Positions 8,480 through 16,935 of a stretch of DNA of 32,000 nucleotides are shown piece after piece. The position numbers were made by a program, and so were the translations under genes. Location: NCBI RefSeq assembly GCF_000526155.1, contig NZ_JAFN01000001.1:112824-144823 (forward strand), read 5' to 3'. The notes under the pieces are model-generated. The model was not told the DNA's origin. It worked only from the letters and a program-made list of their open reading frames with translations, and made no database searches. Within the stretch, counting starts at the first letter, position 1. Every line of letters begins with the position of its first letter. Source of the stretch: Deferrisoma camini S3R1. GTDB taxonomy: Bacteria > Desulfobacterota > Deferrisomatia > Deferrisomatales > Deferrisomataceae.

Positions 8480-10811
8480 CGCCGCCGAGGCGGGCTGCCG
8501 CCCAGGCGCACTGGCCGTACGAGATGGCCCCGTCGTTGGGGGGGAGGAGCCGGGGGAGGCGGGGGGCGAGTCCCCGGCGCTCCAGTTCTCCGCACAAGAG
8601 CTCGAGGAACACCGCGTTCTGGAGGCAGCCCCCGGCCAGGAACACCTCCCCGACCTCCTCGGTCCCGGCGGCGGCCTCGGCCCCCCGGGCGAACAGGCGG
8701 GCGAGGGCCCGGTGGAACCCCAGGGCGGCCCGGGGCACGTCGCCCCCCGCGGCGGCCTCGTCGGCCAGGGCCCGCACGAGGGGCGCCGGGTCCAGGACCC
8801 AGGCCTCCCCCTCTCTCCGGACCTCCCCGTCGGGGTAGGCCGGGGCCGGGCCGGCGGCCCGGGCCGCTAAGGCCTCGAGCTCCATGGGGGCCTGGGCCGA
8901 GTAGCTCATGGCGCCCCGGAACCCCAGGATGGCGGCGGCCGCGTCGAACAGCCGGCCGCACGAGGAGGTGGCCGGTGCGTTCACCCCCCGTTCCATCATG
9001 CGTTCGAGCCCGTCGCGAAGCACCGGCGAGAGGTCTGCGAAGCAGGGAAGGTCCAGGCGGACCCAGGCAGCCCCCATCGCCCGTCGCAGGTGGCTCGCCG
9101 CCATCCGCCAGGGCTCACGGGCCGCCCGGTCCCCCCCCGGCTGGGGCACCCGGGCCAGGTGGCCCACCCTGCGGTAGGCCCCGGGCCGGCCCGCAAGGAT
9201 CTCTCCCCCCCACAGGGTCCCGTCGGTGCCGTAGCCGAGCCCGTCCAGGGTGAGCACCAGGGCGTCCCGGTCCCAGGCGGCGTGCTCGGCCATCACGGCC
9301 GCGGCGTGGGCCTCGTGGTGCTGTACCTCCACCACGGCCGCCCCCCGGGCCGCCCAGGTCTGAGCGTATCGGCTCGATCGGTACCCCGGGTGGAGGTCCC
9401 GCGCCACCACCTGCGGCTCCACCCGTAGGAGGTCCAGCAGGTGCCGGATCCCCCGGCGGTACCCCTGCTCCACCTCGATGTTCTTGAGGTCCCCCACGTG
9501 GGGCCCCGGGTAGGCGAAGTCGCCCCGCACCACGCAGAAGGTGTTGGCCAGTTCCGCGCCCAGGCCCAGGAGGACCCGGCCCGATGGGTTGGCCAGGGGG
9601 ATCGGGGCAGGGGCGTAGCCCCGGGCACGGCGGATCAGGATCGGGCCCCGGGCCGTGGTCTTGGTCACGCTGTCGTCCACCCGGTGAAGGATCGGGCGGT
9701 CGTGGACCAGGTGCCGGTCCGCCACCCCGGCCAGCCGGTCCCTGGCCTCGTCCCACGAGGCCAGGATCGGCTCGTCGCTGCGGTTGCCGCTGGTCATCAC
9801 CAGGGCCCGGAACCCTCCTCGCCGGAACAGCAGGTGGTGCAGGGGGGTGTAGGGCAGGAACAGGCCGACCCGGTCTTGACCCGGCGCCACCGACGGAGCC
9901 AAACCCGCCTCCGGCCGCGCAGGCACGAGAACGATGGGAGCCTCGGGCCCGGTGAGCAGGGCCTCGGCCTCCGGGGGCACCCGGGCCAGATCCCGTGCCG
10001 CGGCCAGGTCCGGCACCATCAGGGCGAACGGCTTCGCGGGCCGGTGCTTGCGCCGCCGCAGCTCGGCCACCGCGGCCTCGCAGAAGGGGTCGCACACCAG
10101 ATGGAACCCTCCCAGCCCCAGCACGGCCAGGACTCCCGCCCGGCGGATCGTCTCCACGGCTCCGTCCAGGGGGTCGCCTGCCAGGACCGAACCCTGGTCG
10201 TCCAGGAGCGACAGGCTCGGCCCGCACTCGGGGCAGGCGTTGGGCTGGGCGTGGAACCGGCGTGAGTCGGGGTCCTCGTACTCGGCCCGGCACCGGTCGC
10301 ACATGGCGAACCCGGCCATGGAGGTGCGGGTTCGGTCATAGGGCAGCGCCGCGATGATCGTGTACCGCGGGCCGCAGTCCGTGCAGTTCAGGAAGGGGTA
10401 GCCGTGCCGGCGGTCGGCCGGATCGAACAGCTCTTGCAGACAGGCGGGGCAGGTGGCGATGTCGGGGGGTACCACGGCCGCGGCCACGGGGTCCTCCCGG
10501 CTGGCCCGGATCTCGAAGCCCGCCTCGGGGCGAGCCGGGCGAGGCTCCTCGTGCACGGCCAGGATCCGGGCCATGGGCGGGGGGCGCTCCAGGAGCGTCC
10601 GGCGGAACGCCTCGACCTGCCGGGCCGAACCCTGGACCTCCACCTCCACGCCCCGGGTCGTGTTCTCCACGTGGCCGACGAGGCCCAGGCCCCGGGCGGT
10701 GCGGGCCACGAAGGGCCGAAACCCCACCCCCTGGACGATCCCCTGAACCCGGAAGAACCGGCGGACGACGTCGTGCTCGCTCATGGGCCCGAACGAAAAA
10801 GCCGGGGTCAC
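8469..10811 (-). CDS. hypF: [NiFe]-hydrogenase maturation carbamoyltransferase HypF
   Basis: Acylphosphatase-like N-domain ([13 protein letters not shown]). Two zinc-finger pairs (CPACLQEL...[10 protein letters not shown] and CDRCRAEY...CPECGP). YrdC-like and Kae1-like C-terminal domains. GTG 10811 is the longest start; ATG 10784 (MSEHDVV) is an equally plausible start. Confidence 0.93.
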   Translation of the reverse strand: MTPAFSFGPMSEHDVVRRFFRVQGIVQGVGFRPFVARTARGLGLVGHVENTTRGVEVEVQGSARQVEAFRRTLLERPPPMARILAVHEEPRPARPEAGFEIRASREDPVAAAVVPPDIATCPACLQELFDPADRRHGYPFLNCTDCGPRYTIIAALPYDRTRTSMAGFAMCDRCRAEYEDPDSRRFHAQPNACPECGPSLSLLDDQGSVLAGDPLDGAVETIRRAGVLAVLGLGGFHLVCDPFCEAAVAELRRRKHRPAKPFALMVPDLAAARDLARVPPEAEALLTGPEAPIVLVPARPEAGLAPSVAPGQDRVGLFLPYTPLHHLLFRRGGFRALVMTSGNRSDEPILASWDEARDRLAGVADRHLVHDRPILHRVDDSVTKTTARGPILIRRARGYAPAPIPLANPSGRVLLGLGAELANTFCVVRGDFAYPGPHVGDLKNIEVEQGYRRGIRHLLDLLRVEPQVVARDLHPGYRSSRYAQTWAARGAAVVEVQHHEAHAAAVMAEHAAWDRDALVLTLDGLGYGTDGTLWGGEILAGRPGAYRRVGHLARVPQPGGDRAAREPWRMAASHLRRAMGAAWVRLDLPCFADLSPVLRDGLERMMERGVNAPATSSCGRLFDAAAAILGFRGAMSYSAQAPMELEALAARAAGPAPAYPDGEVRREGEAWVLDPAPLVRALADEAAAGGDVPRAALGFHRALARLFARGAEAAAGTEEVGEVFLAGGCLQNAVFLELLCGELERRGLAPRLPRLLPPNDGAISYGQCAWAAARLGGVTP

Positions 10812-10850
10812 AGGGGACCCCGGCTCTTTCTCCGGCGACGGGGATCGGGC

Positions 10851-11030
10851 TTAGGCCTCGTCCTCGGGCACCGGGGCGTCCACCGGGCAGACCTCGGCGC
10901 AGGTGCCGCAGTCCACGCACACGTCGGGGTCGATCACGTACTTGTCCTCGCCCTCGGTGATCGCCTCGACCGGGCACTCGTCCACGCAGTCGCCGCACTT
11001 TTCGCACTTGTCCAGAATCACATACGCCAT
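10851..11030 (-). CDS. 2x[4Fe-4S] ferredoxin (59 aa; absent from the ORF track because it is short)
   Basis: Hand translation gives MAYVILDKCEKCGDCVDECPVEAITEGEDKYVIDPDVCVDCGTCAEVCPVDAPVPEDEA. It has two CX2CX2CX3CP motifs. A perfect GGAGG lies 6 nt upstream of the ATG. High GC3. Confidence 0.85.
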   Translation of the reverse strand: MAYVILDKCEKCGDCVDECPVEAITEGEDKYVIDPDVCVDCGTCAEVCPVDAPVPEDEA

Positions 11031-11109
11031 TTTTGTCCTCCTTCCGCTTTGGTTTCTGGGCCTGGGGCCCGGACACGGGCGGCAGGATGGCGCACCGGTC
11101 CCGGGTCTG

Positions 11110-11673
11110 TCAAGCCCCTTCTCGGTGTTCCGAGGGGCCCTCGGGCTTCTTCCGCCTCTGGTCGTGGCGCAGCATCTCCTCGGTGCGGGCGCGGGCCTCG
11201 GCCTCGCGGGCGGCCAGGGCCTGCTTGGCCTGGAGGAACGCCTGAAACGCGGCCGTGGCCCGCTCGAACAGCTCCGGGTCGCGCTCCTGCACCGTGTAGA
11301 GGCGGTTGGTGTCGAACACCCGGTCCTCGCCCCGATACTCGGAGAACAGGGTCTTGAACAGCTCGCGGACCTCGGGCTGGGACTCGGGAACCTGATCCAG
11401 CAGCAGCCTCAGGTCCTCGCGCCGGGCCTTGCGGGCTTCGGACAGCTCGATGGCCTTCACGGCGTCGGGGCCCACGCACGAGGCGGCCGAGGGGCACCAC
11501 TTGGCGCAGCCCAGGTCCATGCGGTCGTTGAACACCACCTCGCCGCAGCTCTTGCACCGGCGCCGGACCTCGTCCTTGAAGAACTCGATCAGGTTGTGGC
11601 ACTTGGGGCACTCCACGTCGAAGATGGCGTCGTGGCCCCACATCTGGGTGTCTTGGCCGGGGCACTTGCTCAT
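11110..11673 (-). CDS. Cys-rich zinc-ribbon protein of unknown function with a helical C-terminal half
   Basis: 187-aa ORF with normal composition and GC3 bias. CPKCH-x18-CKSCG zinc-ribbon pattern followed by GCAKWCPSAASC. SD AAGGAG upstream. No family recognised. Confidence 0.6.
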   Translation of the reverse strand: MSKCPGQDTQMWGHDAIFDVECPKCHNLIEFFKDEVRRRCKSCGEVVFNDRMDLGCAKWCPSAASCVGPDAVKAIELSEARKARREDLRLLLDQVPESQPEVRELFKTLFSEYRGEDRVFDTNRLYTVQERDPELFERATAAFQAFLQAKQALAAREAEARARTEEMLRHDQRRKKPEGPSEHREGA

Positions 11674-11733
11674 GGCGATCTCCTTGGGGGCTGTCGGCCC
11701 GGCCCGGGGGCCGGTGCCGCGTTCTCGCCTCCC

Positions 11734-11774
11734 ATTGTACCCCGTGTTCCGGCTCCTGCTTTGATCCGGGTCAA
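11734..11774 (-). promoter_or_regulatory. Candidate FNR/CRP-family class II promoter: TTGAT-CCGG-GTCAA box plus TACAAT -10
   Basis: The 14-bp near-palindrome at 11761-11774 has one mismatch to TTGAT-N4-ATCAA and overlaps the stop codon of the Crp/Fnr gene. The minus-strand hexamer TACAAT lies at 11739-11734. The box centre is about 28.5 bp upstream of the -10, close to the -41.5 geometry. It sits about 90 bp upstream of the zinc-ribbon gene start. Confidence 0.5.
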
Positions 11775-12460
11775 CGAAGGCCGTTTTCCCCGCCCTCGGC
11801 CACCGCCTCCAGGGCCCCCCGGTCCAGGATCTTCACGAACCGGCCCCGGACCTCGATCCACCCGGCCTCCCGGAACTTCCTCAGGGTGCGCGACAGGGTC
11901 TCGCCCGCGGTGCCCAGCTGGCTGGCCAGCTCGGCCTTGGTGATGTCCAGGTCCCAGAAGTCGCGGCCCTTCTCCCTCGAGGTCGAGAGGAACCACCGGG
12001 CCAGGCGCGCGGGCACGTCCTTGAGGGACAGATCCTCGATCCGGTCCACGAACTGGCGCAGGTAGCGGCTGAGGGCCGCGATCATGGCCAGGCTGATGGC
12101 GGGGTCGTCGCGCAGCAACCCCATGAACGCCGCCTTCGGCAGCAGCAGCGCCCGGGACTTCTCCAGGGCCTCGGCGAACGCGGGGTAGCCGCCGGGCATG
12201 AACACGGCCGCCTCGGCAAAGGTCTGACCCGGCCGGACCACGTGGAGGATGTGCTCCCGGCCGTCCGCGCCGAGCCGGTAGAGCTTCACCCGGCCCCGGA
12301 GCAGGATGAAGATCCCCTCCACCGGGTCCCCCTCCCGGAAGATCACGTCCCGGCGCTTGGCCTCCACCACCCGGGCGATCGCCCGCACCCGCTCGAGCTG
12401 GGCCCCGTCGAGGCCTGCAAAAAGGGGGATTCCGCGCAGTTCCTCAGGGGTGACCTCCAT
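11771..12460 (-). CDS. Crp/Fnr-family transcriptional regulator (no N-terminal Cys cluster)
   Basis: cNMP-binding-like beta-roll (IPLFAGL..., GDPVEGIFILLRGRVKLY). C-terminal HTH with the FNR-type recognition string GETLSRTLRKF (E-x-x-S-R). ATG 12460 is preceded by GGGAGG. The track ORF extends to 12694, with a second SD-supported ATG at 12676, so the start is uncertain. Confidence 0.85.
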   Translation of the reverse strand: MEVTPEELRGIPLFAGLDGAQLERVRAIARVVEAKRRDVIFREGDPVEGIFILLRGRVKLYRLGADGREHILHVVRPGQTFAEAAVFMPGGYPAFAEALEKSRALLLPKAAFMGLLRDDPAISLAMIAALSRYLRQFVDRIEDLSLKDVPARLARWFLSTSREKGRDFWDLDITKAELASQLGTAGETLSRTLRKFREAGWIEVRGRFVKILDRGALEAVAEGGENGLR

Positions 12461-12876
12461 CGGCGCCTCCCAGTGGTCTTGGTCGACGGTCGCCCGTCGA
12501 CGGTCATCGGTCGAGAATTCGTGGACCATCGGCACTTCCGGGCCGTTGTCGGGCTGCCCGGCAGGCTCCATGGCCCCCCGGGGTCTCGGCGCCGGGCCGG
12601 GATCTCCGGGGTTCATCGGTTTCGACCGGCGACCAGGTTGCCGGAAAACCTGACCGAAGTAGACGTTGTTCCCCATAACCCCCTCCCGTGTCAAGGGCGT
12701 CCGGCTTTCCCCCCGGGGGAAAACGATTTATGATTTCGGTCGTCGGTGGGAGCCGTACCGGAGCGTTCCACCCGCGGAGCCTGGGGGAGGGAAGGCCCTC
12801 GAACCCACCCCGGCAGGCCGGACCCATGACGGGCGATCAAGAACCAGCGACCGACGACCGGAGACCCAACAAACCC

Positions 12877-13776
12877 ATGTCCTCCCTTTGGATTCCCGAG
12901 ACCCTGGACTACGTGGGGCCGATCTACCGGCCGCCGAGCGAGGCCCGCTCGATCATCCTGCAGGCCACGGTGGGGTGCGCCCACAATCGGTGCACCTTCT
13001 GCGTGAGCTACAAGACCAAGGGCCGGTTCCGGATCAAGGACCGCGCCGTGATCGAGGCCGACCTGGACAAGGCGGCCCGCCTGTACCCGGGGGTGAAGCG
13101 GCTGTTCGTGGCCGACGGCGACGCCCTGATCATGCCCATGCGGGAGTGGCGGTGGCTGCTGCCGGCGATCCGCGAGAATCTGCCCTGGGTGGAGCGGGTG
13201 GGCGCCTACACCACGGCCCGGGCCGTGCGGAAGAAGACCGACGAGGACCTGCGCTGGCTCCGGGAGAACGGCCTGGGCATCCTGTACCTGGGCCTGGAGA
13301 GCGGGGACGACGAGACCCTGCGGTACGTCAAGAAGGACTCCGACTCGGCCCAGATGATCGAGGCGGCCCGCCGGATCCGGCGGGCCGGCATCCTCTTGTC
13401 GGTCACGGTGCTCCTGGGGATCGCGCCGCCGGGCCGGAGCCTGGAGCACGCCCGGGAGACCGGACGGGTGCTCACCGCCATGGACCCGGAGTACGTGGGC
13501 GCGCTGTCGGTGATCGTGTGCGAGGGCACCGAGCTGGCCGGGCAGGTGGCCCGGGGCGAGCACCACGTGCCCTCGCCCCCCGAGCTCCTCGAGGAGCTAA
13601 GGGAGATGCTGGCCGCCACCCACATGACCCACGGGCTGTTCATGGCCAACCACGCCTCCAACTACCTGCCCTTGAAGGTGCGCATGCCCGGCGAGAAGGA
13701 AGAGGCCCTGGCGCTGCTGGATGCCGCCCGGTCCGGCCTGGTGCCCCTGCGGCCCGAGGAGCACCGGGCCCTGTGA
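12877..13776 (+). CDS. Radical SAM-like protein with CX4CX2C cluster motif, function unknown
   Basis: PIYRPPSEARSIILQATVGCAHNRCTFCVSY followed by TIM-barrel-like strings (LFVADGDAL, ILYLGLESGDDETL). Start taken at ATG 12877 (MSSLW); ATG 12826 is the alternative. Confidence 0.75.
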   Translation: MSSLWIPETLDYVGPIYRPPSEARSIILQATVGCAHNRCTFCVSYKTKGRFRIKDRAVIEADLDKAARLYPGVKRLFVADGDALIMPMREWRWLLPAIRENLPWVERVGAYTTARAVRKKTDEDLRWLRENGLGILYLGLESGDDETLRYVKKDSDSAQMIEAARRIRRAGILLSVTVLLGIAPPGRSLEHARETGRVLTAMDPEYVGALSVIVCEGTELAGQVARGEHHVPSPPELLEELREMLAATHMTHGLFMANHASNYLPLKVRMPGEKEEALALLDAARSGLVPLRPEEHRAL

Positions 13777-13825
13777 TCCGTTTGGGCCCCGCCGGCCCTC
13801 CTTCCCCTGATCCCTGGAGAGATCG

Positions 13826-14728
13826 ATGAGCGAACCCGCCTACCAACCCTTGTCCGACGCCGAGTTCCGGCGGTTCCGGGGCACCGACGGCTACGTGGCC
13901 TCCCGGGCCCTGCAGGACGCCGTGAACGTGGCCCTGGCCCTGGAGCGGCCGCTGCTGCTCAAGGGCGAGCCCGGAACGGGCAAGACCCTGCTGGCCCACC
14001 ACATCGCCCGGGCCCTGGGGCTCGAGCTGATCGTGTGGAACGTGAAGTCCACCACCAAGGCCCGAGACGGCCTGTACGTGTACGACACCGTCCAGCGCCT
14101 CAACGACGCCCGGTTCGGCGACGGCGACGTGCGCGACATCCGCCGCTACATCAAGCTGGGCCCCCTGGGCCGGGCGTTCGCGAGCCCCCAGAGGGTGGTG
14201 CTGCTGATCGACGAGATCGACAAGGCCGACATCGAGTTCCCCAACGACCTGCTCCAGGAGCTCGACGAGATGCGCTTCGTCGTGCTGGAGACCGGCGACG
14301 AGGTGAAGGCCCGGGAGCGGCCCGTGGTGGTGGTGACCTCCAACGCGGAGAAGGAGCTGCCCGACGCGTTCCTGCGGCGGTGCGTGTTCCACTACATCGA
14401 CTTCCCCGACGAGGCCCAGATGCGGGCCATCGTGGACGTGCACTTCCCCGGGCTTCCCGAGGCGCTGCTGGCCCGAGCCCTGCAGGTCTTCTTCGCCCTG
14501 CGCGAGGTCCCGGGCCTGCGGAAGCGGCCCTCCACCTCGGAGCTCCTGGACTGGATCCGGGTGCTCCTGGCCAGCGGCGCCCGCCTGCCCGACGAGGCCA
14601 CCGTGGCCCCGGACCGGGTGCCGTTCCTGGGCACCTTGATCAAGCTCCAGGAGGACGTGGACACCCTGGCCCGCCGGTCGTCCCGGCCGGCGGACGTGCG
14701 CACGGCCGGCCGGCGCTACTTCCGGTGA
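13826..14728 (+). CDS. MoxR-class AAA+ ATPase (CoxD/CbbQ/NorQ-like)
   Basis: Walker A GEPGTGKT. Walker B VLLIDEIDKA. Sensor/arginine region VVVTSNAEKELPDAFLRRC. SD GGAGAG upstream. Confidence 0.85.
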   Translation: MSEPAYQPLSDAEFRRFRGTDGYVASRALQDAVNVALALERPLLLKGEPGTGKTLLAHHIARALGLELIVWNVKSTTKARDGLYVYDTVQRLNDARFGDGDVRDIRRYIKLGPLGRAFASPQRVVLLIDEIDKADIEFPNDLLQELDEMRFVVLETGDEVKARERPVVVVTSNAEKELPDAFLRRCVFHYIDFPDEAQMRAIVDVHFPGLPEALLARALQVFFALREVPGLRKRPSTSELLDWIRVLLASGARLPDEATVAPDRVPFLGTLIKLQEDVDTLARRSSRPADVRTAGRRYFR

Positions 14729-14745
14729 GGCCGCGGGCGCCGGCC

Positions 14746-15921
14746 ATGTTCCTGCCCCTCTTCTACACCCTCAAGGCCCTGGGGGTGCCGGTGAGCCCCA
14801 CCGAGTGGCTCGCCCTGACCGAGGCCCTGGCCAAGGGGCTGCACCGGGACAGCCTGACCGACTTCTACTACCTGGCCCGCAGCCTCCTGGTGAAGGACGT
14901 GGCCCACTACGACGCCTTCGACCAGGCGTTCGCCCACTGCTTCCGGGGGGGCGGCCTGCCCGACGACCTGGCCACCAAGGAGCAGATCCTGGAGTGGCTG
15001 TCCGATCCCCGGTCGCCCCTGCGGCTCCCGCCCGAGGAGCTGGAGCGGATGCGGCGCCTCAGCCTGGAGGAGCTGCTGCGGGAGCTGGAGGACCGGCTCC
15101 GCACCCAGAAGGAGGCCCACCACGGGGGCCACCACTGGATCGGCACGGGCGGCACCAGCCCGTTCGGCAGCCGGGGCAGCCACCCCAGCGGCATCTCGTT
15201 CGACCCGGAGGGCGGGGGAGGGGGGGGCGCCGTGCTCCAGGCGTTCCAGCGCAGGTACCGAAACCTGCGCAACGACCTCACGCTCGACGTGCGCCAGATC
15301 GGGGTGGCCCTGAAGAAGCTCCGGGACCTCCGGCACACGGGCAGCGAGGAGGTCTTGGACGTGGAGGCCACCATCGACCGCACCTGCCGCAACGCCGGCG
15401 AGATCGAGCTGGTGTTCACCCGCGAGAGGGAGAATCAAGTGCGGCTGCTCCTGGCCATGGACACGGGCGGGTCCATGGAGCCGTACCGGGAGCTGTCGGA
15501 GCGGCTGTTCTCCGCGGCCCACGGCATCAACCACTTCAAGGACTTCCGAGCCTTCTACTTCCACAACTGCATCTACGAGAACCTGTACGTGGACCTGGAG
15601 GCCGACGAGTTCGTGCCCACCGACGATGTGATCCGGGAGTACGGCCGGCGCTACCGGCTGATCATCGTGGGCGATGCGGCCATGGCCCCCTATGAACTGC
15701 TGATCCCCAACGGTACGCTGGAGCGGATGCGTCGCTCCAACGTCAAGGGCATCGACCGCCTGCGGGCCCTGGCCGAGGCGTTCCCCAAGCGGGCCTGGCT
15801 CAACCCGATCCCGGAGGACTCGTGGGGGTACTACGACACCATCGCCACGGTGGCGGGCCTGTTCCCCATGTTCCCCCTGACCCTGGAGGGGTTGGACCGG
15901 GCGGTGAAAGCCCTCCTGTAG
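14746..15921 (+). CDS. VWA-domain protein, CoxE-like partner of the MoxR ATPase
   Basis: ATG 14746 lies 17 nt after the ATPase stop, in frame with the tail of track ORF 14035..15921. MIDAS-like LLLAMDTGGSM (DxSxS variant DTGGS). The N-terminal MFLPLFYTLKALGVPVS segment is typical of the VWA_CoxE family (from memory). Confidence 0.8.
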   Translation: MFLPLFYTLKALGVPVSPTEWLALTEALAKGLHRDSLTDFYYLARSLLVKDVAHYDAFDQAFAHCFRGGGLPDDLATKEQILEWLSDPRSPLRLPPEELERMRRLSLEELLRELEDRLRTQKEAHHGGHHWIGTGGTSPFGSRGSHPSGISFDPEGGGGGGAVLQAFQRRYRNLRNDLTLDVRQIGVALKKLRDLRHTGSEEVLDVEATIDRTCRNAGEIELVFTRERENQVRLLLAMDTGGSMEPYRELSERLFSAAHGINHFKDFRAFYFHNCIYENLYVDLEADEFVPTDDVIREYGRRYRLIIVGDAAMAPYELLIPNGTLERMRRSNVKGIDRLRALAEAFPKRAWLNPIPEDSWGYYDTIATVAGLFPMFPLTLEGLDRAVKALL

Positions 15922-15952
15922 GGGGGCCGAGGCCCCGGGATCTTTTCGCAAC

Positions 15953-16174
15953 ATGCCCAAGCGTCTGTTCCTGAAAGTCGGCGACCTGGTGTACCACCGC
16001 GACTGCCGCGCCTGGGGGGTGGGCCGGGTGGTGGAGGTGCGCACCTCCACCCTCGACGGGGGGCCGTCCCTGGTGCGCATCCGGTTCCAGGACGGCCAGG
16101 AGCGCACCTTCTTCAACGACCTGTCCGAGCCCAACTGCTGCTACTACCGGGGGATCCGGTTCTACCGGGGGTGA
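15953..16174 (+). CDS. Small DUF3553-like protein (73 aa)
   Basis: GDLVYHRDCRAWGVGRVVEV resembles the G-D-x-V-x-H-x-x-W-G-x-G core of DUF3553 (from memory). Co-directional, 31 nt after the VWA gene. Good GC3. Confidence 0.5.
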   Translation: MPKRLFLKVGDLVYHRDCRAWGVGRVVEVRTSTLDGGPSLVRIRFQDGQERTFFNDLSEPNCCYYRGIRFYRG

Positions 16175-16239
16175 GCGGCGGTGGCACCGCCGCCGGGGGG
16201 CTCAATCCACGCCCTGGGCGGGTGGTAGGTGGGCCGTTC

Positions 16240-16743
16240 TCAAGCGGACCCGGGCTCCGGCAGGATCTGGTTTTGGAACTCGGCCACCACCTGCTCGCCG
16301 CGCCGCAGGAACGCCGCGGGGCATCCCCACACGTTGCACAGGGCCAGAACGTCGCTCCATCGGGGCGACGGCGTCAGGAACAGGGCCACGTACGACGCAC
16401 CGGCACGGCAGTCGTGGGGGGCGAGCACCGGAAGCTCGGCCCGACACTCCGGGCAGCAGATCCCGAGCACCGCTCCGGACCGAAACGGCGCCTCCACGAC
16501 CTTCCGCTTGTCCCCGCCGAAGGGGCTGAGGAACACCCGGCCCTCGGTCCGGCCGTCCCGGCACAGCAGGCCGATGCCCGGCCGGCCCCGGAACCTGGGG
16601 TGGTCGGGGCGGATCAAAGGGTGGCCGGCGGGGCAGTAGGCCCGCGTCACGAGGAGCTCCGGGCTGGCGTACGAAGCGTCCGAGGACGGGGAAGGGAGCG
16701 GTTCCGGAAACCGGAGTCGACCGGCTGTGTCGTAGATCCACAT
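16240..16743 (-). CDS. Hypothetical Cys-containing protein (167 aa)
   Basis: Hand-checked codons show about 89% G/C at third positions and ordinary amino-acid composition, unlike the overlapping shadow ORFs. No family recognised. No SD upstream of ATG 16743. Confidence 0.55.
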   Translation of the reverse strand: MWIYDTAGRLRFPEPLPSPSSDASYASPELLVTRAYCPAGHPLIRPDHPRFRGRPGIGLLCRDGRTEGRVFLSPFGGDKRKVVEAPFRSGAVLGICCPECRAELPVLAPHDCRAGASYVALFLTPSPRWSDVLALCNVWGCPAAFLRRGEQVVAEFQNQILPEPGSA

Positions 16744-16884
16744 GGGACACCAAACGCGGGTTGGAGGAGTGGTGGGGGTGGGGCCCTTTCTTTTCGGCTA
16801 CTCCAGCCTATCACAAAGGCACAAAAAAGGAAGTGTTTGTGTCACATGGGCACATGCAAATACTGTTTGGTATGGTTTTCGCCC

Positions 16885-16916
16885 AAAAAACGACCCCGGC
16901 CGCAGCCGGGGTCGTT
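16885..16916 (-). terminator. Rho-independent terminator of rpsT
   Basis: On the minus strand, 20 nt after the rpsT stop, the stem ACGACCCCGGC-tgcg-GCCGGGGTCGT is followed by TTTTTT. Confidence 0.85.
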
Positions 16917-16935
16917 CCGTATGCTCCGAAGAGGA

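Noticed and set aside
11590-11610. CPKCH in the 187-aa Cys-rich protein as a haem c attachment site (coordinates approximate).
   Set aside because: The protein has no signal peptide. The motif is the first knuckle of a CxxC...CxxC zinc-ribbon pattern, so covalent haem attachment is unlikely.
12461-12694. N-terminal extension of the Crp/Fnr ORF, with a second SD-supported ATG at 12676.
   Set aside because: Not fully excluded. I prefer ATG 12460 because it gives a standard 229-aa Crp/Fnr length and has a GGGAGG SD. The extension is Pro/Gly-rich and has visibly lower third-position G/C than the domain-coding part.
16175-16194. GC-rich inverted repeat (GCGGCGGTG / CACCGCCGC) between the convergent DUF3553-like and hypothetical genes, considered as a bidirectional terminator.
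   Set aside because: There is no U-tract on either strand, and the loop is too small unless the inner pairs open. It was left unannotated.
16868-16882. Sigma-54-like TGGTAT-N5-TTCGC with correct GG/GC spacing on the plus strand.
   Set aside because: It would fire into the rpsT terminator, antisense to rpsT. No plus-strand gene lies downstream. The -12 element is imperfect.
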